Assembly (NCBI GenBank): GCA_964016885.1
Contig: OZ024746.1
Coordinates: 70,494,001 to 70,558,000 of the forward strand
Direction: 5' to 3'
DNA length: 64,000 nt
Source: Eledone cirrhosa
Lineage: Eukaryota
Numbering within the stretch: the stretch's first letter is position 1; the number at the start of each line of letters is the position of its first letter. The notes below the pieces were generated by a model. It ran no database searches. It worked only from the letters and a program-made list of their open reading frames with translations, and was not told where the DNA came from. The position numbers and the translations under genes were made by a program. Positions 11,120 through 23,474 of the stretch are shown here, one piece after another.

Positions 11120-12712
11120 GTGCGTGCGTGTGTGTATGACAACACTACTTACAGCCACTTGGCACATAACGCTATTACCCCTAAATATAAGAAGGCTAAC
11201 CCTATGGCCTACCACAACGTCAATACTGAAGCCAAAGACCTTGCTGCTGCCCTAAAGGTAGATAAGAAGCTTCAATGTTTAGCTAAGCGTGAAGCGCTTC
11301 TCACCCTGAAGGATGACAAGGTAGACTTTGCTTCCAATCCCACATGTAGACTACTATACCTGGCACGCACACAAATGGGACTAGTCAGTAAGGCTATACT
11401 TAGAAACATAGTTAAGATCATTAGGACCAAGTCCAACCTGTCCGAGTGGGAAAACAGCCACTCAGTCATTAAGTGGTTTAACTCCTTCAACTCAAAAATA
11501 GCGAAGTTCACGCAATTCGATTTATTGTAGATTTATACCTGTCGATCTCAGAGACCCTATTAAACAAAGCGTTGGACTTTGCTACCCCTTACACTACCGT
11601 CCATGTTTTAGACAGGGAGATCATCGCACATTGCCGGAAAACCCTCCTCTTCAACAATGGAGTAGCCTGGGCAAAGAAGTCAACCACTTCAGAACTATTC
11701 GACATCTCCATTGGATCGTTTGACAGTGCTGACATATGCGACTTGGTTGGCCTATTCTTTTAGACATATTACGTGTTAGATTCCCGGACTTCCACACGGG
11801 AATATACCGCACCAATGGCCTGACCTTATTGAGCCAAAAAAGACTTAACTTCTAGCTTTAATGAGTTAGGACTTAGGATAACAATAGCTACCAACCTCTC
11901 TAGCGTAGATTTCTTAGACATTAATTTAGACCTTAGCACACATACCTTCAGACCCTTCCATAAGTTAAACGAAAAACTTAATTACATACACAAGAACTCA
12001 TGACACGCTCCTGCTGTTTTTAGAAATTCCGTAAATAATATCAGTACTAGAATCTCTAACCTCTCCTCTAATATAGCTATCTTTGACAGAGTGGCACCCT
12101 ACTATAACACGGTGTTAACTAACAGCAGCTTCGCGCAATCAATTATTTACTCCCCCACTAACAACAACAGCAATAAGAAAAGAAATCGTAACAATAGACA
12201 AACTATCTGGTTCTCTCCTCCCTTCTCACTCAACGTTAAGACTAAGCTAGGGAAAATTTTTTTAGCCCTCTTAGATAAACACTTTCCCATAGGACACAAA
12301 TACCGCTGAAGGCCCACATCACCAACAGTCCTAAGAGCGACACCCCACCATGATGCTCTTGCCGAAAGCCTGAAGCTTGTCCCATTCAACAGCAATGCAA
12401 CACACCTGCTGTTGTTTATGAAGCTGTGGTCACTTCGAACTGACCAAATCCTATGTGGGTATGGCGGAGGGCCGATTTAAGGAACGCTTCCTGAACCAGC
12501 AGTCGACCATTAGGTACCTGCACAAACGATCAGCCACAAAACTCGCGAGCCTCGTACTATCCCTCAAGAACTCAGGCATAGACTACTCCATTCAATGGAA
12601 AGCCATCACTAAGTCCAAGCCATACGCTAAGGGCAATCTGTCGTGTGGACTGTGTATTGAAGAAAGGATAAATATTCTAAGGAGATTACACAATAGCGTA
12701 ATTAGAGAATAA
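11120..12712 (+). mobile_element. Degenerate Penelope-like element (Naiad-like RT + C-terminal GIY-YIG), unit 1
   Basis: Fragmented ORFs: TLKDDK..PTCRL, FTQFD, FDISIGSFDSADICDLVGLF, IWFSPPFS, linker CSCRKPEACPIQQQC, VVYEA..YVGMAE..FKER, CGLCIEE. Confidence 0.85.
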
Positions 12713-13625
12713 ATTCTGGCAATGGAAACATCAGTTGGAATCAAGAGGACTGAGAGTGAATATAGCTAAGACAAAAGTGTTGATAAGTAGAAGAGAGGAC
12801 AATACTCTGATTCCATCAGCGAAATCGCCATGTTCGATATCTAGAAAAGGAACTGGCATAGATTCCATAAAATGTACGCAATGCAGATCTTGAGTATGCA
12901 AGAGATGTAGTGGGATAACAGGCAAACTAATAGGTAGGGAAAACTACGCATACTGTAGATGTACAGGGAAAATTGGCAGTAGTAATCGCAGTGATAGACA
13001 CATTTTTCCAATGCAGGTGGTTCTATAGAAGTGGTTGATAGCTTCCGGTACCTAGGTGATCAGATTAGCATGGGGGGGGGGGTTCCGAGGCCTTGGTATC
13101 TAGAATAAGGACGGGTTGGAAGAAGTTTAGAGAGCTGCTTCCTCTGTTGACAAAGAAGGGTTTCTCCCTGCGTACGAAAGCACGGTTATATGATGCCTGT
13201 GTGGGATGCGCAATGCTGCACGGTAGTGAGACATGGGCAGCAACTGCAGAGGATATACAACGGCTGGAGAGAAATGAAGGAAGCATGCTCCGTTGGATGT
13301 GCAATGTCAATGTGCGTGAACGACCAAGCATAGATGAGTTGAGAAAGAAACTGGGTATAAGAGGGATAAGTTGTGGTGTGCAGGAGAGAAGACAGAGATG
13401 GTATAGAGGATGACCGCTGGGTAAAGAAGTGCAAAGAAATCCCAGTAGAAGGAAGATGCAGTAGAGGAAGACCACGAAAAACATGGGTGGAGGTGGTGAG
13501 AGCAGACCTCAGATAGCTGAAGCTCATGTAGGAGATGACGAAGGACTGTGACAAGTGGAGAGATGCTGTGCTGAATAGGACCCGTACAACGCTTGCAAGC
13601 AGGGAAAAGTGGACGTAAAATGATG
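12700..13625 (+). mobile_element. RTE-clade LINE 3' fragment with 3' tail (unit 1)
   Basis: [42 protein letters not shown]; ends CTTGCAAGCAGGGAAAAGTGGACGTAAAATGATG. Confidence 0.88.
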
Positions 13626-13644
13626 TAGATGAAAATGAGGATAT

Positions 13645-14060
13645 GTATCATCACCGTTTTACGTCCGTTCTTCCACGCTAGCATGGGTTAGACGGGTTGT
13701 CATGTTGTGGGCAGTGTCTGGTCGGCTGACCATGCCTTGTTTATACAGGAACTGATTTGGCTTGATTTCTACAGCTGGATGCCCTTCCTAACACCAACCT
13801 CATTTACAGTGAGTGCTGGGGGCATTTTTGCGTGGCACCTCCACAACCACCTAGCAGTGGGAGGGTGTGGGGGCATATTGTCTATATGCTTCAGCTAGTA
13901 CCTATGGGAGGTCGGGCACTCTGTATTACTGCGTGACGCCAGAGGTCACGGTCGTGTGTCATCGCCTTTGAGAGGTGTAATTGCGTAAGGTCCGCTTTTA
14001 TCACCTCATCCCAGGTCTTCTTGGGTCTTCCCACTCTGCGGTTTCCATTCTCCCCACTCC
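13645..14060 (-). mobile_element. SINE 3' part and short RTE 3' fragment, unique to unit 1
   Basis: Reverse complement of the SINE tail GGTTGGTGTTAGGAAGGGCATCCAGCTGTAGAAA; minus ORF RRVGRPKKTWDEVIKADL..HDRDLWR. Confidence 0.65.
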
Positions 14061-14729
14061 GATATATATATATATATAAATGGAAAAGAATGAAATGAAA
14101 TTTCATTTCTCACTCTTAGTACGGCTGATACTTAAATGTAAGTATGTATACGTACATACATATATGTATACAGACTTACAGTAGTATGTATATATATATA
14201 CAAACATGCACACATATATATATGTACGTATGGGTCTACCAAATTTTTATTATAATGTTCAGTTTGTTTGTAAACAAACAGCCTGAATTAAGCCGTACAG
14301 TATTCGGCCACTATCATCACCCTTTTGTTCAACACTGACAATATATATATGTATATGTCTATATATATGCACACACACACACACATATATATATATATAC
14401 ATACAGTGTACAGCAGGTATTCCCCGTCCCAGTTATTTGCAGAATTTTCCTTAGAACCTAACACCATTAATTGTTCAAGGAGACCACTGCATATCCGTGG
14501 AAGCGTAAATATCTTCTGTGATTCATTGATGGCTTTTTTCGTGGCAATATATATTTTTTCATACTTTTTAATGTTAAATTATTAATGTATATATACGGTA
14601 TTTTCCAGACTATATATTAAATTGTTTTGACGTTTATAGGCATTTTTGTGGGCTATGCCCAATATTCGCGCTTCTGAAACTCTTCACGGGTGCTCTAGGG
14701 ACATAAACCTCACTCATACAGTGGAACAA

Positions 14730-15216
<487 letters not shown>

Positions 15217-15220
15217 ATAT

Positions 15221-15563
15221 GGAGGCACATGGCTTAGTGGTTAGAGCATTGGCCTTGCAATCGAAAGGTTGTGAGTTCAATTCTAAGACCGGGTGATGTG
15301 TTGTTTCCTTGAGCAAGACACTTTATTTCACATTGCTCCAGTTTACTCAGCTGTAGAAATGAGATGATAGGGACTGAGGTCCCTATCATTCCACTGCAAA
15401 GTGGTCGTGGACGTGCCACGGAAAAAAAAGCACCCAGCACTAACTGTAAATGAGGTTGGTGTTAGGAAGGGCATCCAGCTGTAGAAATCAAGCCAGAATC
15501 AGTTCCCGTCACACCCTTGCAAGCAGGGAAAAAGTGGACATAAAATGAAATGATGAAATGATG
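15221..15563 (+). mobile_element. tRNA-derived SINE with RTE-like tail
   Basis: A box TGGCTTAGTGG, B box GAGTTCAATTC, central CCTTGAGCAAGACACTTTA, tail CTTGCAAGCAGGGAAAAAGTGGACATAAAATGA shared with the RTE 3' end. Confidence 0.85.
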
Positions 15564-15615
15564 ATATATATGTGTACGCACATATATATGTTGCTATACT
15601 TTTATATATATATAT

Positions 15616-15935
15616 GAAGGCACATGGCTTAGTGATTAGAGCATTGGCCTTGCAATCGAAAGGTTGTGAGTTCAATTCTCAGACCAGGTGATGTGTTGTT
15701 TATTTCACATTGCTCCAGTTTACTCAGCTGTAGAAATGAGATGATAGGGACTGGGGTCAATATCATTCCACTGCAAAGTGGTTGTGTAGGTGCCATGGCA
15801 AAAAAGCACCCAGCACTCACTGTAAATGAGGTTGGTGTTAGGAAGGGCATCCAGCTGTAGAAATCAAGCCAGAATCAGTTCCCGTCACACCCTTGCAAGC
15901 AGTGAAAAAGCGGACTTAAAATGAAATGAATGAAT
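15616..15935 (+). mobile_element. tRNA-derived SINE, second tandem copy with small internal deletion; paralogues 31381-31665 (5' truncated) and 43015-43355
   Basis: Near-identical to 15221-15563 but lacks the CCTTGAGCAAGACAC segment; absent at the paralogous site next to ZNF copies 1 and 5. Confidence 0.85.
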
Positions 15936-16523
15936 GATATGAAAATTATTGTCTAAGGAATGGTGTTGGCCTCTAAAATTTCTGACAACACACTCACATC
16001 ATTACCTCAAATGATTGAAGGTCTCTGGAATAACACACTAGAACAAGGACTGTTTGGGTTACATAAAAGAAAAAAAATGTTAAAGCGTAAAACAAAAGCC
16101 AAAGAAATGTCTTGCATATACTAAAAATATTTCTAAGAAGCCAATGATCAAATATGAGCAAGATTTTAATTCCAACAAAAAATATATTAAATAAAATTAA
16201 TGGTAAGCAATAGTTATAGTTTGTTGAATGTCTCGGCATTAACTTTTGATGTTGGTGTAGAATAAGTTATGACTTGTAAGAAGAAAGGTACATCACGTTT
16301 CATATTTTAAAGTCTTCGGTCAAGTGTGTTACGAACAAAAGATTTCCCACTTATTTCTCAGTGGAAAGATTTCTCACCAACGTGTGTTAGTTTGTGTCTA
16401 TTTAAGTGATTGTTAGGAAGAAAAGACTTGCCACATATTTCACAGTGCAAAGGTCTCTCACCAGTGTGTGTTAGTTTGTGTCTATTTAATTGACTGTTAC
16501 GAACAAAAGATTTACCACATATT

Positions 16524-17852
16524 TCAGTGGAAAGGTTTCTCACCAGTGTGTGTTAGTTTGTGTCTATTTAAGTTAATGTTATGAAGAAAAGACTTGCCAC
16601 ATATTTCACAGTGGCAAGATTTCTCACCAGTGTGTGTTTGTTTGTGTCTATTTAAGCTACTGTTACAAACAAAAGATTTACCACATATTTCACAGTGGAA
16701 AGGTGTCTCACCAGTGTGTGTTTGTTTGTGTATTGCTAAATGACAGTTACGAACAAAAGATTTCCCACATGTTTCACATCGGAAAGGTTTCTCTCCAGTG
16801 TGTATTCTTTTGTGTGTGTTTAAGATACTGTTACAAAGAAAAGACTTCCCACATATTTCACAGTGGAAAGATTTCTCACCAGTGTGTGTTCTTGTGTGAA
16901 TTGTTAACTCTCTGTTAGAGGCAAAAGATTTCCCACATATTTCACAATGATAAGGCTTTTCTCCTGTGTGTCTTCTCATGTGTACTATTACATGAGGATT
17001 AGACACAAAGGATTTCCCACATATTTCACAATGATATGGCTTCTCTCCAGTGTGGCTTCTCATGTGTACTATTAAATGAGCATTAGACACAAAGGATTTC
17101 CCACATATTTCACAATGGTGGGGTTTTTGTCCTGTGTGTCTTCTCATGTGTACGATTAAATAACCATTAGTCACACAGGATTTCCCACATATTTCACAAT
17201 GGTGGGGTTTTTCTCCAGTGTGTGTTTGTTTGTGTACTGCTAAATGACTGTTACAAAGAAAAGACTTCCCACATATTTCACAATGAAAAGGTCTCTCACC
17301 AGTGTGTGTTAGTTTGTGTCTATTTAAGTGACAGTTACGAAGAAAAGATTTACCACATATTTCACAGTTGAAAGATCTCACACCAGTGTGTGTTAGTTTG
17401 TGTCTATTTAAGTGACTGTTATAAAGAAAAGATTTACCACATATTTCACAATGAAAAGGTCTCTCACCAGTGTGGGTTCTTTTGTGGACTGTTAAATGGC
17501 TGTTAGTCACAAAAGAATTCCCACATGTTTCACAATGAAATGTTCTCTCTTCAGTGTGTCTACGAATGTGTTCAACAAGGTGAGATGTATAAGGGGAAGA
17601 TTTCCCACGTACTTCACAGTACAACTGTTTTTCTATTGTGTGTGTGTCTTTGTGTGTGGATACTTCATCTTTTGTAGAGAAAGTTTTCCTACAAATCTCA
17701 CAGCTGTATTCTGGAATATTCCTGTGTAAAGTTCCTTCTTGTGTACATATTTCACGCGATAAAGGTTTCTCATCACTGTATGTCTGTGTAACTGTATCTA
17801 TATTGGTGGAAACTGGTGTGTTAGAAATGTTCAATTGTTTAAGGTCCTCCAT
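16524..17852 (-). CDS. Poly-C2H2 zinc-finger protein, copy 2 (442 aa, ~13 fingers; 3'-truncated by a 2-bp deletion, two more fingers out of frame at 16358-16523)
   Basis: Same N-terminus as the other copies; plus strand reads ATTTCAGTGG at 16521 instead of the repeat consensus ATTTCACAGTGG. Confidence 0.85.
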   Translation of the reverse strand: MEDLKQLNISNTPVSTNIDTVTQTYSDEKPLSREICTQEGTLHRNIPEYSCEICRKTFSTKDEVSTHKDTHTIEKQLYCEVRGKSSPYTSHLVEHIRRHTEERTFHCETCGNSFVTNSHLTVHKRTHTGERPFHCEICGKSFLYNSHLNRHKLTHTGVRSFNCEICGKSFLRNCHLNRHKLTHTGERPFHCEICGKSFLCNSHLAVHKQTHTGEKPHHCEICGKSCVTNGYLIVHMRRHTGQKPHHCEICGKSFVSNAHLIVHMRSHTGEKPYHCEICGKSFVSNPHVIVHMRRHTGEKPYHCEICGKSFASNRELTIHTRTHTGEKSFHCEICGKSFLCNSILNTHKRIHTGEKPFRCETCGKSFVRNCHLAIHKQTHTGETPFHCEICGKSFVCNSSLNRHKQTHTGEKSCHCEICGKSFLHNINLNRHKLTHTGEKPFH

Positions 17853-18511
17853 AGCATTTCTTGAAGAATTCTTGAAAGTTGAGAAATATCTGTGATTATA
17901 TTTTATTATTCTTCAATTTCTCGTAGCAAAGTAATTCCTCTCGAAATGCTGCCTATATATTATTGTAAACAAAAAGACTTCAAATTCAATGTTAGGAAAT
18001 TTGGTTATGGTTAATGCATGCTATGTAGTCTAAAATATATATTGTCTATAAATGACTGGTAGCCGATATTCTGGTAAAATAGACGTTCTTCCACTAGATT
18101 GTAATGGAACTCTCAGTTGACACAACTGTAAAGTAAGAATAGATATGACAGTGTAAGACAGATGTCGGGGAAAGAAAATGTGTTGTATGTATATATATTT
18201 GTGTTGAGATGGCGGTCGGTATGATCATGGGTTTATTTCTCTATGTTGACCTAATAAAATATTCAAGTCCAAGTGTAAAGTCAAGAGAGCTAAATAACAC
18301 CGGTGTTATACATTAAAAATCCCTGACATAATGTAGTACCATCAGTTATGTTAGTATCCCACACTTGGTAAAGGAAACAACACCCAGTAAAATGATTGTG
18401 ATGCATAAACGAGACAGTCTCTTACTTTGTTGCTTAACCTGCTAAGAATAGCAGCCAAATCGCCCTCTTCACGTTTTGATCAACAGAAAGACACACACAC
18501 ATATATGTATA

Positions 18512-18820
18512 TATGTATAGAAATTTCGTATTTCGAAAGAAATACGATTTTAGAAAGGCGTTGCTATGCGAATAATGGGAAGGTGGGGGCTAACGCCCTC
18601 TGGTGTTGTCCAGCAGAAGCAAGGGGGGGACAACCGTCTATGCATTTAATTCTTGACTGGCCATCGTCAGGACGATCCCTCCCACTGCTCTATTATAAGT
18701 TGAGCCAACTTATGCAGCTTCATATGCAAATGAGATTAAACACCTCATGTTTTCAAGTCCAGCAGTCAAGCCTGAAATGCATAGACAGTTGTCCCCCTTG
18801 CTTCTGATGGACAACACCAT
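18512..18820. mobile_element. Hammerhead repeat module, unit 2 (collapsed; ribozymes disrupted)
   Basis: Minus copy 18632-18677 has GAAA changed to TAAA; the single plus copy lacks CTGACGA through a deletion between CAGTC repeats. Confidence 0.75.
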
Positions 18821-19940
18821 ACCAACGCAGTCTTCTCTCAAGTAAACAGCATCTGATCCCTCTTATTCCTAATTTCTCACTTAGTCTATTTATGTTTTGC
18901 CGTTTCCGTATATTAGTATTACACATCGAACGGAGTCTGCATGCTTCGTTCTTCTCCAGTCTGCACAGCTCCTCTGCACACAATGCGCATGTCTCACTGC
19001 CATGTAACATTGCTGTTCGTATACAAGCATCATACAATCTGCCTTTCATTTTTAGAGAGAAACCTTTAGTGGCCAATAGTGGTATAAGCTCTCTGAACTT
19101 TTTCCATCCCGTTCTAACTCTGGCTACTGTACTTTCAGAGCACCCTCCACCACTGCTGAATTTGACACCCAGGTAACGGAAAGTGTCCACTATTTCTATA
19201 GAACCATCTGGGCAATAGAAAGAGCTAATATCCTGTGGGCACTTGCTACTTATTGCACCTGAGTAGCGGCCACATATAAAATTTACGTTCTTGGATAGCT
19301 TACCTGTGATCCCACCCATAGTTTGCATTTGTGACATAAAATGGAATTTCTGCCTACTGCTTTCCTACACACTGAGCATGGCCATTTCCCAGAGGGCACC
19401 TTTTCCCCTATTTTCCTTTCTACATACTAGAATGTTAGTCTTAGACAAGTTAACTTTAAGGCCTTTTAATTCTAGACCATACTTCCATATTTGGAATTTC
19501 TTCTCTAGTTCAGCCATGGATTCAGCTATGAGAGTTAGATCATCTGTGTATAGAAGTTCCCATGGGAAGCCGGACTTGAACTCCTCTGTTATAGCCTGGA
19601 GGGCAATAATAAATACCTGACACAAACCCAAACTGCATTTCACCTCGATCAATTCGCTCTCTGATTAGTTGTGCTTTAACTCTTTCTGTAACCTTCATGA
19701 CCTGGCCAACTAACTTAATGCCTCTATAGTTTCCCCTATCTAGGGCATCTACTTTACCCTTGTAGCAGTTAATGATGATGCTGCTACACCAGTCATTTGG
19801 TATGACCCCATTCTGTATTACTTGGTTTACTATCCGGGTGACTATAGTATGTGCCACCATTCCAGATGCTTTCAACATCTCAGTAACTATCTCTGAAGGT
19901 CCAGCTGCCTTGCCTGTCTTCATATCTTTGATTGCCTTAC
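18820..19940 (-). mobile_element. RTE-clade LINE fragment (unit 2)
   Basis: Paralogue of 5820-6960; ORFs 18753-19337, 19365-19652, 19540-19980. Confidence 0.88.
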
Positions 19941-19969
19941 TTATTATATATATATATATATATATAATA

Positions 19970-22900
19970 TATAAGATCAAAAGATGGTTAAATGAGTCCC
20001 ATATATTTTATTATGCGCATTTCAAAAAGAAATATCATCATGCAATAACATTTGTGTTTTCATCAGATAAAAGAGGAAGACATGATATGAAGGTTAAAAA
20101 CACTTGTGGATAGTGCAGTTTTAAATCAACATATGAAAAGTAGTTTTAGATTGATGTGTGATATTGGGGGGAAAAAATGTTGTGGGGGGGGGGGGTGAAA
20201 AAGAGGAGGAGATGAGAGTAAAAAGTGGAGGGGGAGGAGTATAATGAGGAAGGATGAGATAGGAGGAGAGATGTGTGATAGAGAGAGAGAGAGATAGCTT
20301 TTATAACTGAGAAAAATATATTGTTTTACATAGAGAGGTTGAAAAACCATTGGAAGATAATGTATAAATTAAAAGAATTTGAAAATTAACGAAGAGAAAA
20401 ATAATGTAAAGTTAAGGTTTGTATATTGAAGGGTTTAATAATATGTGCGATGAAAAGAAATTGTTAATATGTATTAAGAATAATATTTAAGGGTTTAATA
20501 ATATGTGCGATGGAAAGAAAATGTTAATATGTATTAAGAATAATATTTAAGGGTTTAATAATATGTGCGATGGAAAGAAAATGTTGATATATATTATTAA
20601 AAAAACAAAAGTAATGTAAGTAAGGATATATTGTGAGATGAGCATGAGTAAGTTAGATGAAAGGGAGAAAAAAATAATGAATAGAGGATGAATAATCTAA
20701 CGTCAAAAAAATGTTTATGTTTACGAAGGATTTTTTCAAGGTGATATAAAGTAAGAATATATTGTATTGTGTAATAATTGTTTCTATGTTAGGCACAGTG
20801 AGAAAAGGTACAGATTAGGGGTTAGAAATTAAAAGAAAAAGAAAAGAAAATGAAAAGGAAGAAAGGGAAGTGATAAATAGGAGTGATATAGAATGAGTAA
20901 CAAGTATTATATAATGTATAATAAATAACTTTGAAATAAGGTAGAAAGATGGGTATATTTTTAAAGAAGTATATATATATATATATGTGCCTTTGAGAAA
21001 AGGATTCTGAATTGATAAAGTTTAGGATATTAGCTGTATACTTTATGGAAAGTTCTGTGGAATTTATGCAAGCAGATAGAAAACAAGTCAGTGCGTCTAT
21101 TTATTATAGAATCTAAATTAGATATAATGGTAAATTTTTCATTTAGACAGAGATTGCAAGTCTTGGATAGAGAACTGTTCAAGTATAGAGAAGCAGAAGA
21201 AACCTTTTTCCAAGAGATGTTATATTTAATATTTTTGTCTTTCAAGGACCATATGAGTTCTGAGAGAGCCGTGTTGGTTCTTTTAAGTTGGTATTTAAAA
21301 GACGAATGATGATTATAAAGACGAGCTTTAAAGGAGGTGGAAGTGGAGCCTAAATAGGTGAAGGAATTGGTGTCAGTTATAACTTTTCATTCGTAGATTA
21401 AGTTTTTATCAAGACAATGGTTGTTGAGAGGACATTTATTTTTAGCAGGGCAATTGCAATTGCGATTAGAGAGATTATTAACGAGTGACCTAGTGTTATC
21501 TATAGAAGGAATTGGATTGGAGAAGTTATTTGCGATAGGAATAATAGTTTCTTGATTTAGAATGGGATTAAGAACATTTAGCGAAGTTGTGTTTGACGTT
21601 GTATTTGGGTTTGCAGAAATTAGCCTAGAGTTTACAATGACGTCGGGAGTACTATTACTATTATTATGATATTCAGTGTTGGAAGGAAGAGATTTAGTAT
21701 TTAGTATTTTATTGTTGTGTTTAGAGATAATGTTGGAAATATTGGAGGATGTCGAATAGGAAAATTTTATAGTGTGTTTGTTAAATATTTTACTATAGAT
21801 ATGTGAGGGAGGGAAGCATTTATTTAAGGCACTAAAGAATAATTTAGGAATATTATTATTAATAGAGATGGAGAAAGGAGCATTATACCAGATTATGTTT
21901 TTGTATCTAGGTCTTTTATTAAAGTTATTGGAATGATCATGATTAATTATTCTACTGTAAGATCTTCTAGAATTTGTTTCTTTCTTATATTTGATTTTAT
22001 CAGGATAGCCGGCTTTAGAAAGCGCGTTATTATAGTAATTGGCGTTAGCATCAAAGATGTTTTTATTAGAAGATAGGTTAGATATTCTTTTTCCAATATT
22101 ACTAACTATAGCATTCTTAATATTAGTAGGGTGGTTAGATTTAAAATTAACATAATTTAGGTTCTCATTGTTTTTATGGTAAGGGTAATATAGGCTAGAG
22201 ATTAAGAGATACATCCAAGAAATTAGCTAGTTTGATGCTGTTATCAAATTCAATTTTTAGGTTATGTTGGTTAAAGAGATTACGTATATTGTTCTTAATA
22301 ATATTAAGGTTAACTATGTTGCAATTTAAGATAGTAGAGAGTCCATCGTCACGATAAATTCCACCGCGAAGTTGAGGAATTTTCCGACTCAAAGAGTTCA
22401 AAATAAAGATACCAATTAAATCTGTCAATTGGGATGAATCGGATGCTCCCATTGTGATGTCGAAGTTGTTAGAGGTATCAGCTCTGGTCCAATATTCATT
22501 GTTGAACTCAAGGGTGGTTTTACGTGCAGTGAGAATGATGTGAAGTTCATCTGTGGTGATGTCAGAATATTTAAATGCGAAAGATAGAGCATTGTTGAGA
22601 AGTGAAGGCGAAATAGAAGAATAGTAGCTGGCAATATCAAATTGAACAAATTTTAGTTTGTTTTTATTATTCAATTTGTTGAACCAGCCAATCCCTTCAG
22701 AAGTACCAAACCATAAATTTAAGTTCAAAGAAGAGCAATTAGAACGAACCTGTGGGATAATTCTATCCAAGATGGCTTTACTAACAATCCACAAATCTGA
22801 TTTAGAGGGGGCGATTAATCTAACAGGTAGTTCAGTGCGAAAATTGTTTTTGTGATCCTTGAGATTTATCCTCGGAGTTCTTGGGAGGAATGGTTCGGTC

Positions 22901-23040
22901 TTTTTTCCGATGCCAAGTTTTGAGATAATCTCAGAGGCTTCAAGGTTTATGGATTCTAAATTATCATGGTTGGTTTTACGATATTTTTTCCTAAGTTCCT
23001 TTAGGATAAGGTTGTTATAATTATCCTTGGAAATACCATA
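19970..23040 (-). mobile_element. 5'-truncated Penelope-like element (Naiad-like), unit-2-specific insertion into (TA)n
   Basis: RT: NLKDHKNNF..VRLIAPSKS, FVQFDIASYYSSI, FDITMGASDS, GIYRDDGL, NFLDVSLNL. Linker CNCPAKNKCPLNNHC; GIY-YIG LIYE*KV..TYLGST..FKAR..CNLCLNEK. TA runs on both sides; absent in the other four units. Confidence 0.92.
20428..20595. repeat. 60-bp tandem repeat (~2.7 copies) in the PLE 3' UTR
   Basis: AAGGGTTTAATAATATGTGCGATG(A/G)AAAGAAA... recurs at 60-bp spacing. Confidence 0.9.
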
Positions 23041-23058
23041 TATATAATTATATATATA

Positions 23059-23278
23059 CTAATCGGCCCGTCCGGCTGCCCCCACCGCTCCACTGCAAAG
23101 ATACCACACACCCTCCCGTGTCACATTGTCATTCCGACTCTCTCTCTCGCTCTGAATAACTAACACTTTAATTGTATCTCTCTCTGTCTAACGGCCTATC
23201 TCACTCTTTTCCCCTCCCTCTGTTTCTCTGTCTCTCTCTGTAGTTGTATGTGTGTAGTTTTCCTAATCTTTCTATACA

Positions 23279-23327
<49 letters not shown>

Positions 23328-23442
23328 GTGTATATATTGAAGGGAGACATGGAAACTAAACAGTGTTGTCATATAGAGAGTGAAGAGCAACAGAGAGAGT
23401 AAAGAAGTTAAATTATAGAGAGGGGGAATGATCTTACATGCA

Positions 23443-23474
<32 letters not shown>

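Noticed and set aside
11120-13625. PLE-RTE chimeric active element
   Set aside because: Both parts are riddled with stops and frameshifts; adjacency is best explained by nested insertion before duplication.
15221-15295. Possible tRNA gene
   Set aside because: A/B boxes are present but it continues into a SINE body and LINE-like tail, and no convincing cloverleaf is evident.
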